DNA of 64,000 nucleotides from an uncultured Rhodobacteraceae bacterium (GTDB lineage Bacteria; Pseudomonadota; Alphaproteobacteria; Rhodobacterales; Rhodobacteraceae), in contig CALIZF010000020.1 in the NCBI GenBank assembly GCA_938028765.1, forward strand, positions 8,112 to 72,111, in the 5' to 3' direction. This document shows, piece after piece, positions 39,020-48,831 of the stretch. How positions within the stretch are numbered: position 1 is the first letter of the stretch; every line of letters begins with the position of its first letter. A program made the translations under genes and the position numbers. The notes beneath the pieces were generated by a model. It was not told where the DNA came from and searched no databases. It was given only the letters and a program-made list of their open reading frames with translations.

Positions 39020-39624
39020 CCGCGCCCGCCCCCTTCGGCCTGCGTCCCGGCCTGATCGGGCCCAACAGCGCGATCCAGCTGGCCGCGGCACTCGAGGCCA
39101 TGGGCGAGGGGCGGGTGGCGCGGGCAGCCTTCGCGGCCGCGGGGCGGGCCGTCTGGCTGCGCCACCCGCCCGACACGATGATCCCCGAGGGGGACGCGGC
39201 GCGGCTCTTCGCCGAGGTCTGGCGCCGCCTTGCGCCAGACCGCGCGGTGGCGGTGGCCGAAGAGGCGGGGCGGCGCACCGGGGCCTACATCCTTGCGCAC
39301 CGCATCCCCCGCGCGGCGCAAGCCGTGCTGCGCCGCCTGCCGCGGCCGCTGGCGGCTTTCGCGCTGCGCCGGGCCATCCGCCGGGCGGCCTGGACATTCG
39401 CAGGCTCGGGACATTGCCGGCTGGAACGGGGCGGACGCTACGGGACCATCGCGATCGCCGACAACCCGCTGCGGCTGCCAGGGGCGCCATGGCACCGGGG
39501 GGTGTTCACGGCGCTGTTCGCCGCCCTCGTGGATCCGCGCGCCGTGGCCGTTGCGGATTGCCCCGCGGCGGGATGCGCCGACTGCAGGCGCGACGCCTGC
39601 CGGTTCAGGCTGGAAAGGGTGTGA
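39016..39624 (+). CDS. bchJ: bacteriochlorophyll 4-vinyl reductase-related protein BchJ
   Basis: 202 aa V4R-type protein with a C-terminal Cys cluster ([14 protein letters not shown]). ATGA overlap with the bchE stop; bchE-bchJ adjacency is typical of PGCs. Confidence 0.85.
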   Translation: MTAPAPFGLRPGLIGPNSAIQLAAALEAMGEGRVARAAFAAAGRAVWLRHPPDTMIPEGDAARLFAEVWRRLAPDRAVAVAEEAGRRTGAYILAHRIPRAAQAVLRRLPRPLAAFALRRAIRRAAWTFAGSGHCRLERGGRYGTIAIADNPLRLPGAPWHRGVFTALFAALVDPRAVAVADCPAAGCADCRRDACRFRLERV

Positions 39625-39671
39625 TCGCCTGCGCAATGCCCGCCCCACCCGCCCCGCAAGGCCGGCGGCGA

Positions 39672-40163
39672 TCAGCCGTCTGTCTTGGGCGCGTCGGCGG
39701 GTGCCTCGGCGGGATCCTCGGGCGCTGCGGGTGCGGGGGCCAGCGACGTGATGTAGGCCCAAAGGTTCCTCGCCTCCTCCTCGGTCCGCACGCGGAAGGC
39801 CATGTTGCCGCGGGCGCGATTGTCGCCGAGGTAGTCGCGCAGGAACTCGTTGGGGTTCTGGACGTAGGCGACGAAGGTTTCCTCGTCCCACATCAGGCCG
39901 TTCTCGCCCGCCTGGACGATCGACCGCCCGTAACGGAACCCCTCGACCGTTCCCGCCTGCCGGCCCCGGACCGCGTAGAGGTTCGGGCCCTGTTTGGCGT
40001 TGCGGCCCGCCAGCACGGTGCCCGCATCGTCCTGCACCACATGGCAGGTGGCGCACTGGCCGAACGCGCGTTCGCCGGCGGAGACGTCCTGCGCTGCGGC
40101 GGGGGCGGCCAGGGCAAGCGCGGCCAGCACTGCGGCGGCAAGGGGGGCATGGGCAAGGGTCAT
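39672..40163 (-). CDS. cycA: cytochrome c2
   Basis: Signal peptide, single CxxCH (CATCH), class I c2-like body with Met ligand region (GNMAF). ATG 40163 preceded by GGAGGA. 22-aa Ala/Pro/Glu-rich C-terminal tail. Confidence 0.85.
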   Translation of the reverse strand: MTLAHAPLAAAVLAALALAAPAAAQDVSAGERAFGQCATCHVVQDDAGTVLAGRNAKQGPNLYAVRGRQAGTVEGFRYGRSIVQAGENGLMWDEETFVAYVQNPNEFLRDYLGDNRARGNMAFRVRTEEEARNLWAYITSLAPAPAAPEDPAEAPADAPKTDG

Positions 40164-40293
40164 CCGCTGTCCTCCGGTCGTGGGCGGCGCCGGCGGCGCC
40201 AGTCGATCTCGATCTATGCACCGGCGCAAGATCGTCGCCCCCTCGGCGGATCACGCAGGGGTCACGATCACGCGAACGGCCGGCCTGCGGCAG

Positions 40294-41505
40294 TCAGGCG
40301 ACGGCATGGGCCAGCGCGCAGCGCCGCCACAGCGCGCCGAGCGCCGTCGCAAGGCGGTCGATGTCGGCGTCGGTGTGGAAGGGCGAGGGCGTGATGCGCA
40401 GCCGTTCGGTGCCCTTCGGCACCGTCGGATAGTTGATCGGCTGGACGTAGATTCCCCAGTCCTGCATCAGAATGTCGCTGATCATCCGCGCCTTCACCGG
40501 ATCGCCGATCATCACCGGGATGATGTGGCTTTCGTTCGGCATGTGCGGGATGCCGAGCCGATCGAGGCGGGCGCGCACCTTCGCCACGTTCGCCTGCTGG
40601 CGGCGGCGCTCTTCGTCGCTGGTCTTGAGGTGGCGGATCGACGCGGTCGCGGCGGCGGCGACCGCGGGGGGCAGGGCGGTGGTGAAGATGAAGCCGGACG
40701 CGAAGCTGCGGATGAAATCGGTCAGCGCCGCCGACCCTGTGATATAGCCGCCGACCACGCCGAAGGCCTTGCCGAGCGTGCCTTCGATGATGTCGATGCG
40801 GTGCGCAAGGCCGCGCGCCTCGCTCACGCCGCCGCCGCGAGGCCCGTACATCCCGACCGCGTGGACTTCGTCGATGTACGAAAGCGCCCCGTGTGCCTCG
40901 CAGACCTCGACGATCTCGCGGATCGGGGCGATGTCGCCGTCCATCGAATAGACGCTCTCGAAGGCGACGACCTTGGGCCGGTCGCCGACGGCCTTCAGCT
41001 TGCGGTCGAGGTCGCGCCAGTCGTTGTGTTTCCAGATCACCTTGTCGGCGCGGCTGTGCCGGATGCCCTCGATCATCGAGGCGTGGTTCTTCTCGTCCGA
41101 CAGGATCACGACATCCGGGATCCGCGCGCCGAGCGTGCCGAGCGCGGCCCAGTTCGAGACGTAACCCGAGGTGAAGAGAAGGGCCGCGTCCTTGCCGTGC
41201 AGGTCTGCCAGTTCCCGCTCCAGCGCCAGATGGTGGCAGTTGGTCCCCGAGATGTTGCGCGTGCCGCCCGCGCCGGTGCCGTGCGCCTTCACCGCGTCCA
41301 CCATCGCGCCGACCACGGCCGGGTGCTGGCCCATCCCGAGGTAGTCGTTGGAACACCAGACCGTGATCTCGCGCGCAGCGCCGCCCATGTGGCAGGTCGC
41401 GCGCGGGAAGGCGCCCGCGCGGCGTTCCAGTTCGGCGAAGATGCGGTAGTTGCCTTCGGCCTTCAGGGCGTCGAGCTGGCCCCGGAAAATCGCGTCAAAG
41501 TCCAT
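40294..41505 (-). CDS. hemA: 5-aminolevulinate synthase
   Basis: Alpha-oxoamine synthase family, ALAS-type ([30 protein letters not shown]-Lys). 403 aa. The start shares one base with the puhE stop (TGATG). Confidence 0.95.
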   Translation of the reverse strand: MDFDAIFRGQLDALKAEGNYRIFAELERRAGAFPRATCHMGGAAREITVWCSNDYLGMGQHPAVVGAMVDAVKAHGTGAGGTRNISGTNCHHLALERELADLHGKDAALLFTSGYVSNWAALGTLGARIPDVVILSDEKNHASMIEGIRHSRADKVIWKHNDWRDLDRKLKAVGDRPKVVAFESVYSMDGDIAPIREIVEVCEAHGALSYIDEVHAVGMYGPRGGGVSEARGLAHRIDIIEGTLGKAFGVVGGYITGSAALTDFIRSFASGFIFTTALPPAVAAAATASIRHLKTSDEERRRQQANVAKVRARLDRLGIPHMPNESHIIPVMIGDPVKARMISDILMQDWGIYVQPINYPTVPKGTERLRITPSPFHTDADIDRLATALGALWRRCALAHAVA

Positions 41506-42335
41506 CAGGCATCCTTCCGCAGTCTTGTCTTTGTGGCCTCGGACGCGGGCAGCATCCAGCGCCAGAGCTTGTCGTCGGGAACGGGGAGCACCATGAACCA
41601 GTGCTCGAGCGTGGCGAGCGCGGTCAGCGCCGTCAGCAAGGTGAAGCCGAGCGTGCCCGCCGCGTCCGGGGCGGACAGCGCGCGTTCGGCCCAGCAGGCC
41701 GCGGCCAGCGTCAGCAGCGTGACCGACACGGGAAAGAAGGCGGTCACGGGCCCGCGCCTGAAGTGGCTGGGCAGGTGGGCGAGCGGTCGCGGCAGGAAAT
41801 CTGTGTGGATGCGCGGCACGCCAAGGAAGAGGTTCAGCTTGGCCGACACGCGCGCCACGAACAGCACCGCGAAGGTCCAGGTGCCGAAGCGGTTCGCGGC
41901 CTCGGGCGTCTGCGCCAGCATCCAGACGAAGGTCAGGAACAGGAGCGCCTCGTGCCAGGCGATGGTGCCGACCGCGCTGAGGAAGCGGCGGCCGAGCGCG
42001 GCGAAGGGCGGGCAGGGCGCGGTATTGGGGCCGGTGATGACGCCCGAGAGGAAGGCGATCTCGATCCAGCCCCAGACCGCCAGCGCCGAGAGGAAGGCGA
42101 TGTAGACCCCGCCCACCGAGGTGTCCGTCAGCGTATGGGTGAAGCCGAAGAGGCCGAGGACCAGCAGCGGCAGCGCGAGGACAACGGACCACACATGCCC
42201 GTCGGTGCCCCGGCCGGCCGCCTGCGCCGCATCGGCCGCCTTCACCCGCATCAGGATCGCGCCCGTCGAGAACCACCACAGGAAGAGCGCAGCGAGCGTC
42301 GCGACGATCGGGCTGGTGAGGAGCGTGTCGAGCAA
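41505..42335 (-). CDS. puhE: photosynthetic complex assembly protein PuhE
   Basis: 276 aa polytopic membrane protein in the position between acsF and hemA that I recall for PGCs. Resembles the PuhE family from memory. Confidence 0.85.
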   Translation of the reverse strand: MLDTLLTSPIVATLAALFLWWFSTGAILMRVKAADAAQAAGRGTDGHVWSVVLALPLLVLGLFGFTHTLTDTSVGGVYIAFLSALAVWGWIEIAFLSGVITGPNTAPCPPFAALGRRFLSAVGTIAWHEALLFLTFVWMLAQTPEAANRFGTWTFAVLFVARVSAKLNLFLGVPRIHTDFLPRPLAHLPSHFRRGPVTAFFPVSVTLLTLAAACWAERALSAPDAAGTLGFTLLTALTALATLEHWFMVLPVPDDKLWRWMLPASEATKTRLRKDA

Positions 42336-42365
42336 CGGACTGGCCCTGCGTCTGGGGTGGGGCAG

Positions 42366-42396
42366 GGCGGCCCTCCGGGCAACGCGGAGGGCCGCC
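42366..42396 (-). terminator. perfect 12-bp GC stem-loop between acsF and puhE (intra-operon hairpin)
   Basis: GGCGGCCCTCCG-ggcaacg-CGGAGGGCCGCC. It lies 14 nt downstream of the acsF stop and 31 nt upstream of the puhE start. Confidence 0.5.
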
Positions 42397-42409
42397 TACG
42401 GTCGGGGGG

Positions 42410-43486
42410 TCAGTAGGCCGGCTGGAGACGGACCGAGGCGGGCGGCGTGTGCCGCCGCGCGGGGATCGTGTAGAGCGACACGAACGCCGCCGCGGCCCGC
42501 GTCCCCGCCCAGGTCTTTTTCATCCAGCCGCCGATGCCGCCGGCCTTCTTCCCGTCCTCCATGTCCACCATGGCCTTCTCCAGCCGCCGCAGCGTGGGCT
42601 TCCAGCGCGGATGGTCGATGTCGAGCGTGATCGGGAAGACCTGGCGCGAGATCTCGGAAGTCTTGCGGAACACCTCCTGATCATACCATTCGATGTCCAC
42701 GCCCAGGGCTTCGTGGAAGGCGGGCCGAGCGTGGTCGCGCACCCACATCGTCGCATAGACGGCGGTCAGGAAGAACTTGATCCACAGGACGTTGACGCCC
42801 GATGTCAGCCGCGGGTCGGTGCGCATCAGCAGGGCGAAGGCCTCGCCGTGGCGGAACTCGTCGTTGCACCACTCCTTGAACCACTTGAAGATCGGGTGGA
42901 ACCGCCGGTCCGGGTTCGCCTCGAGGTGGCGGAAGATCGTGATGTAGCGCGCGTAGCCGATCTTTTCCGACAGATAGGTGGCGTAGTAGATGAACTTTGG
43001 CCGGAAGTAGGTGTATTTCTTGGCCTTCGTCAGGAACCCGAGGTTCACCGCGATGCCCGCCTCGCGCAGGGCGTCGTTGATGAAGCCCGCGTGCCGCGCC
43101 TCGTCGCGGGACATGTAGCCGAAGAGTTCGCAGATATCCTTGTTGCGGCCGCGCCGCTTCATCTCCTTGTAGAGAACGCAGCCCGAGAACTCGGCGGTGC
43201 AGGACGAGACGAGGAAATCGACGAACTCCTTCCGCAGGGCGGGGTCCATGCCGGCCCAGTCGATGGCGTCCCAGTCGGCGGTCTTGCGGAAATGACCCTT
43301 GTTCGGATCCGACGCCATCTCGGCCAAGAGCTCGTCCCAGTCGCGGCGGACGGGGGTGACGTCGATCCGGTCCATCTCGTCAAAGTCGGTGGTGTAGAAC
43401 CGCGGGTTGAGCAGCGTCGTTTCCGTCGCCATCGCGGTGGTTTCGTTGACGGCCTCGGCCGCCCGCGTATCGGTCAGCGCATTCAC
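42410..43486 (-). CDS. acsF: aerobic Mg-protoporphyrin IX monomethyl ester oxidative cyclase (di-iron)
   Basis: Two di-iron ExxH motifs ([17 protein letters not shown]) and the [15 protein letters not shown]-terminus. GTG 43486 overlaps the upstream stop (GTGA); an alternative ATG is at 43432. Confidence 0.95.
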   Translation of the reverse strand: MNALTDTRAAEAVNETTAMATETTLLNPRFYTTDFDEMDRIDVTPVRRDWDELLAEMASDPNKGHFRKTADWDAIDWAGMDPALRKEFVDFLVSSCTAEFSGCVLYKEMKRRGRNKDICELFGYMSRDEARHAGFINDALREAGIAVNLGFLTKAKKYTYFRPKFIYYATYLSEKIGYARYITIFRHLEANPDRRFHPIFKWFKEWCNDEFRHGEAFALLMRTDPRLTSGVNVLWIKFFLTAVYATMWVRDHARPAFHEALGVDIEWYDQEVFRKTSEISRQVFPITLDIDHPRWKPTLRRLEKAMVDMEDGKKAGGIGGWMKKTWAGTRAAAAFVSLYTIPARRHTPPASVRLQPAY

Positions 43487-43779
43487 AGCCGCACCTCCTC
43501 GGAGAACGAGAATTCGCAAAGTTCCATGAAGTCGAGATCCCCGGTCAGGCGCGTCCAGGCGCGTTCGATCAGGCTGGCGCGGGTGATCGTGGCGGTGCGG
43601 TCCTCGGTCACGACCTCGCCGTAGGCGGCCATGATCGGCTTGCCGTGCACCAGCACCTCGTCACCCGGGTGCACGACCGCGCCGTTGTTGAAGCGGACAT
43701 GCGCGTGCAGCGATTCGAAGCGGTGGCTGACCTCGACGGTGCAGGGCACCGTCTCTGTCTCTCGCGTGAAGATTCCCAT
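43483..43779 (-). CDS. small conserved PGC protein upstream of acsF (BciE-like cyclase accessory subunit candidate)
   Basis: 98 aa soluble ORF (MGIFTRETETVPCTVEV...) between puhC and acsF. Assigned by position only: from memory, a small gene directly upstream of acsF (named bciE) is needed for the alphaproteobacterial O2-dependent cyclase. Confidence 0.55.
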   Translation of the reverse strand: MGIFTRETETVPCTVEVSHRFESLHAHVRFNNGAVVHPGDEVLVHGKPIMAAYGEVVTEDRTATITRASLIERAWTRLTGDLDFMELCEFSFSEEVRL

Positions 43780-43808
43780 CGTCGGTTCCCTTGTTTTCTT
43801 GTTGGTCG

Positions 43809-44267
43809 TCAGCCGTTCAGCAGGGCCGCCCAGACGGCCCTGTTCTTGTCGCCGAAGGCGCCGAGCTCGACGCTCCAGCCCGTCTGCGGGTCTTCGAGCG
43901 CAAGGCGGCCATTGGCGTATTCCACCAACCTCACGGGCGCGGCCTGGTCCGCGCCGCGGACGTGGCGGGCGCGGGCAAGGCCGTTCTGCACCACCGCGAT
44001 GAAGCCGCCGTGCTCGAGGTGCAGCACCACCGCGCCGGACGGATCGCGCACGAGGACCGACTGGGCGCCGGTGTTCTCGACCGTCAGCCAACGCTCCGCG
44101 ACGGCGGCGGCGGGCGCGGGCGTGCCGACCGCCGGGCGGTCGGTGACCACCGCGAAGGTGGTGAACGACAGCGCGGCCAGCACGATCGCCGCGCAGGCCC
44201 AGAGCATCGGGCGCGGGATCAGCTCGGCGTCGCGGCGGCGGAAGTTCGGTTCGGACTGGAAGCGCAT
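43809..44267 (-). CDS. puhC: photosynthetic complex assembly protein PuhC
   Basis: 152 aa with a single N-terminal TM (MLWACAAIVLAALSFTTFAVV) and a periplasmic domain. Sits after puhB. Confidence 0.85.
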   Translation of the reverse strand: MRFQSEPNFRRRDAELIPRPMLWACAAIVLAALSFTTFAVVTDRPAVGTPAPAAAVAERWLTVENTGAQSVLVRDPSGAVVLHLEHGGFIAVVQNGLARARHVRGADQAAPVRLVEYANGRLALEDPQTGWSVELGAFGDKNRAVWAALLNG

Positions 44268-44280
44268 CTTCCCCCTCCCA

Positions 44281-44928
44281 TCATTCGGCGGCGACGGCGG
44301 CGGCAGGTGCCGCGCCGGCCGGGCTGCGGGCGATCACGGGTTCGGCGAGGCGGGTTTCGGCCGCCTCGGCGAGGATCTGGGCGACCCGCGCAGCATCGGG
44401 AATGCAACGCAGCGCGGGCTGCGGCTTCTTCAGGTGCCAGGGGCGGACATGCGGCCAGAGCATCGCCCAAGCGATGCGCGTGTCCCCCGCCGTCTCAAGC
44501 GCGATCGTGCCGGTGCCGCGGGGCCGCAGCTCCAGCCGCGCGGCGGCCACCTGCCGGAACGGGATGTTGTAGGTGACCGACAGCGCCGCGCCTACCCGCA
44601 TCAGGACCCGCGCCGTGGTGATCGTGTAGACGGTCGTGCGCGCTTGCGCCCAGGCGATTGCCCGCAGGATCAGCACCGCAAGAAGGCCGAGCAGAAGGTA
44701 CGGCAGGGCGAGCGCCGCCGCGGCGCCGAGCGGGGCCTCGGCGGCCCCGACCGCCAGCCGTGCCGCCGCGATCAGCGCGAAATACCCCATGACCCAGCGA
44801 GTTGCGAACGCCTCGCGCGCCAGCGCGGTGGTATCGGGCCGCCCCTGCCACAGGATGCGTTCGCCCTTCGGCAGCGGGGCCGGCAGGCCCGGCTGCGGCT
44901 CGAAAGCGAAATCGTCGTGGTCCGACAT
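44281..44928 (-). CDS. puhB: photosynthetic complex assembly protein PuhB
   Basis: 215 aa with the N-terminus DFAFEPQPGLPAPLPKGERILWQGRP, two TM helices and a PH-like C-terminus. ATG 44928 preceded by GGGAGGGG. Confidence 0.85.
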   Translation of the reverse strand: MSDHDDFAFEPQPGLPAPLPKGERILWQGRPDTTALAREAFATRWVMGYFALIAAARLAVGAAEAPLGAAAALALPYLLLGLLAVLILRAIAWAQARTTVYTITTARVLMRVGAALSVTYNIPFRQVAAARLELRPRGTGTIALETAGDTRIAWAMLWPHVRPWHLKKPQPALRCIPDAARVAQILAEAAETRLAEPVIARSPAGAAPAAAVAAE

Positions 44929-44944
44929 GGCGGCCCCTCCCGGT

Positions 44945-45733
44945 TCAGCCAAAGACCTGCTGCAGCGCCGCAAGGCGCGACGGCTTTTCGGCATAGAGGT
45001 GGCCCGCGGCGACGTAGGCCGAGATCTTGTCCTCCTCGAGCTTGGTCACCTCGGTCGAGGACCGCGTCATCGGGATGCCGCCGAACAGGTCGGCCGTCAG
45101 CGCCGAGACCACGACGCGGTCGGACTTGATCTTCGCCAGCGTCATCGGCACCAGCCGCTTGCTGCCACCGTCGAGCTCGACCTCGAGGTAGCGCACCAGC
45201 TGTTCGGGCACGTCGATCCACAGGTCGGTGACGGTGCCCGCGATCTTGTAGTCGCCCGCCTGCACGGGCAGCCCCCGCGGATCGCGGCCGGCGCTGACGA
45301 CGAAGCCTTCGGTGCGCGCCATCGGCACGATCTTGTTGTGCCCGTGGCCGTCAAGCTCTGGCACGTCCTCGCGCACCGCCCAGGCGGCCGGGCCGACGCC
45401 GTCCTTCATCGGGTCGCCGGTGGGCGCGTGGGGAAAGCCGTCCGATACCGCGGTGCGCGCCAGAGCAAGGCCCGTGCGGCGGTGCGCGTCCTCGTTCTCG
45501 GCCGAGGGCACGGTCACGTCCGGCAAGCCGTGCATCCGCTTGAAGGTCTTGGGTTCGGGAACCGGGAAGGGGCCCTGGTTGGCGGCGATGCCGCCGTCCT
45601 CCTTCTCGAGGGGGAAGCCCTCGCGCATGTTCTCCGTCTGCAGGTAGTAGACCAGTCCCGCGAAGAACAGCCAGAACGCGTAAAGCGACACCAGCGCGAG
45701 GTCGAAGTTGCCGAAGAAGTTCACGCCGACCAT
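44945..45733 (-). CDS. puhA: photosynthetic reaction centre H subunit
   Basis: N-terminal TM ([29 protein letters not shown]) and a PRC-barrel C-domain. 262 aa; SD GGAGGAAA. Confidence 0.95.
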   Translation of the reverse strand: MVGVNFFGNFDLALVSLYAFWLFFAGLVYYLQTENMREGFPLEKEDGGIAANQGPFPVPEPKTFKRMHGLPDVTVPSAENEDAHRRTGLALARTAVSDGFPHAPTGDPMKDGVGPAAWAVREDVPELDGHGHNKIVPMARTEGFVVSAGRDPRGLPVQAGDYKIAGTVTDLWIDVPEQLVRYLEVELDGGSKRLVPMTLAKIKSDRVVVSALTADLFGGIPMTRSSTEVTKLEEDKISAYVAAGHLYAEKPSRLAALQQVFG

Positions 45734-45751
45734 TGGGTTTCCTCCGTTGGG

Positions 45752-47203
45752 TCAGGTGGGGAACTCGGCCAGGCCGAAACGGGCCTGTCCGGGTGTCCGG
45801 GGGGCGAGGGGAACGGCCTGCACCAGCGGGCCGAGGACGATCAGGGTCGCGAAGAGAAGCGCGATCTCGAGATGATAGACGAAGCTGTAGCCAAGGTTTG
45901 GGTCGGTCAGGGCCGGTCCGAACGCGCCCGCTGCGGCCGCATGGCCGACCGCGCCTTTGATCGCGCCGCCCGCGAAGATCGCCAGCCCCTGCGCGGTCGC
46001 CTGCGCGGCCCCCCAGGCCCCGAGCGCAAGGCCCCGGCCGGCCGCGCCCGCGGGCATCGTCATTGCCGCCGTCAGCGTGGCCACCGCGAAAATGCCGCCG
46101 CCGAGGCCGATCAGCCCCGAGCCCGCGAAGAACACCGCGACCGAGTTCAGCGGATCGGCGAAGACCACGCAGGAAAACGCGGCGATCCCGACCAAAAGTC
46201 CCCGGGCGGCCAGGCGCGCCGCGTCCGTCCCGCGCGTCAGCCACCGCGCCGACAGGCCGAAGCCCACCAGCGCCCCGCCTGCCCACATCGCGGTCAGGAG
46301 CGTTGTGGACGACACCGGCAGGCCCAGCACCGCGCCGCCGTAGGGTTCCAGCAGCACGTCCTGCATGGAAAAGGCCAGCGTCCCCAGCACCACCACCGCG
46401 ATCAGCCGTCCCGCCCGCCCGCCGGCCATCAGGTCGGCCCAGGCATCGCGGAAGAGCGGCCGCGGGGCCTCGCGTTCCGCCTTCGACATCGGCCGTACGC
46501 TTTCCTGCTTCCACAGCGCGATCAGGTTCAGCACGGCCGTCGCGACCGCGGCGCCCTGCACCGCCCGGATCAGCGCCAGCGGCGTGAAATCTCGCAGCAG
46601 CCAGCCGAACACCACCGACGACACCGCCATGCCGACGAGGAACGACACATAGAGCAGCGCCACGACGCGCGGCCGCGTCTCGTCCGTCGCGCGGTCGGCG
46701 GCCAGCGCAAGGCCCGCGGTCTGCGTCATGTGCATCCCGAGGCCGGTCATCAGGAACGCCAGCGCGGCCAGCCCCTCGCCCGCGAAGGGGATCTCGTGCT
46801 GCACGTCGCCGCCCAGCACCAGAAGCGCGAAGGGCATGATGGCAAGGCCGCCGAATTGCCAGAGCGTGCCGAACCACAGGTAGGGGACCCGCTTCCACCC
46901 GATCGCCGACCGGTGCGTGTCGCTGCGGTGGCCGAGCAGCGCCCGGAACGGGGCCACCAGCACCGGAATGGCGATCATCGCCGCCACGATCACCGCGGCG
47001 ACACCCAGCTCGACGATCATCACGCGGTTGAGCGTGCCCAGCAGCAACACCGCCGCCATCCCGACCGAGACCTGGAACAGGCTCAGCCGCAGGACCTGGC
47101 CGAGCGGCAGCCGGTCCGATGCCGCATCCGCGAAGGGCAGCACCCGCAGCGTCAGCGCCTTGAGATGGCCGGGCCGCACGATCACCGCCGCACCTCCAGA
47201 CAT
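45752..47203 (-). CDS. lhaA: PucC-family MFS protein LhaA (LH1 assembly)
   Basis: ~12 TM, PucC/BCD family, in the position between bchM and puhA. ATG 47203 overlaps bchM by 22 nt; an alternative GTG at 47185 gives a GTGA overlap. Confidence 0.9.
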   Translation of the reverse strand: MSGGAAVIVRPGHLKALTLRVLPFADAASDRLPLGQVLRLSLFQVSVGMAAVLLLGTLNRVMIVELGVAAVIVAAMIAIPVLVAPFRALLGHRSDTHRSAIGWKRVPYLWFGTLWQFGGLAIMPFALLVLGGDVQHEIPFAGEGLAALAFLMTGLGMHMTQTAGLALAADRATDETRPRVVALLYVSFLVGMAVSSVVFGWLLRDFTPLALIRAVQGAAVATAVLNLIALWKQESVRPMSKAEREAPRPLFRDAWADLMAGGRAGRLIAVVVLGTLAFSMQDVLLEPYGGAVLGLPVSSTTLLTAMWAGGALVGFGLSARWLTRGTDAARLAARGLLVGIAAFSCVVFADPLNSVAVFFAGSGLIGLGGGIFAVATLTAAMTMPAGAAGRGLALGAWGAAQATAQGLAIFAGGAIKGAVGHAAAAGAFGPALTDPNLGYSFVYHLEIALLFATLIVLGPLVQAVPLAPRTPGQARFGLAEFPT

Positions 47204-47840
47204 TCCGAAATGTAGAAGCCGCGCGCGATCCGCCCCACGCGCGCGAGGCCGGCCACCGGCAGCCGGCGCCAGTCCTGCGGCACCATCACGGGCGACCGGT
47301 CGGCGCGCGGGAACAGCCGGCCCGCATGCCACATCGCCATCAACAGGGCCGTGCGGGGCGCGACGGTGAACACCACCGGCCCCGCCGTGCGGCCCGCCAG
47401 CCGCTCGACCGCCGCGACAAGGTCGGGGCGCGCGTAATAGATCAGGCTGTCCATCGCCACCACGGCGTCAAACCGACCGGCCGACGCCTCAAGCATGTCG
47501 CCGGCTTGGAACGTGACCCGTCCCGGCAGGCCCGGGGGCAGGCGCGCCGCCGCGATCTCGATCAGGCGCGGCGCGATGTCCACCGCCAGCACGTCCGCCC
47601 CGCGCGCAGCCAGGTCCGCTGCCATCGCCCCGGTGCCGCAGCCGGCATCGAGCACGCGCGCCCCCCGAAGATCGGCGGACAGGCGCGACAGCATCAGCGC
47701 GCGCATCGCCGCGCGCCCCGCCCGCACGGTGGCGCGCACCCGGCTGACCGGCGCGTCCGAGGTCAGCCGTTCCCACACCTCGGTCGCGGTGCCGTCGAAA
47801 TACCCCTCGACGCGCGTCAGCGTATCGGCATAGCCGGCCA

Positions 47841-47841
<1 letters not shown>
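47182..47841 (-). CDS. bchM: Mg-protoporphyrin IX methyltransferase
   Basis: SAM motif VLDAGCGTG and the BchM-type N-terminus (VEGYFDGTATEVWERLTSDAPVSRVRATVRAGR). The start shares one base with the bchL stop (TGATG). Confidence 0.95.
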
Positions 47842-48801
<960 letters not shown>

Positions 48802-48831
48802 TCCGCGGCGTCGTTCCTGCGTTCCGGCCCG

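Noticed and set aside
38650-39624. 324-aa ORF suggesting a long BchJ that overlaps bchE.
   Set aside because: The N-terminal 122 aa are an off-frame translation of the bchE 3' end. BchJ-like sequence begins at ATG 39016, which overlaps the bchE stop as ATGA.
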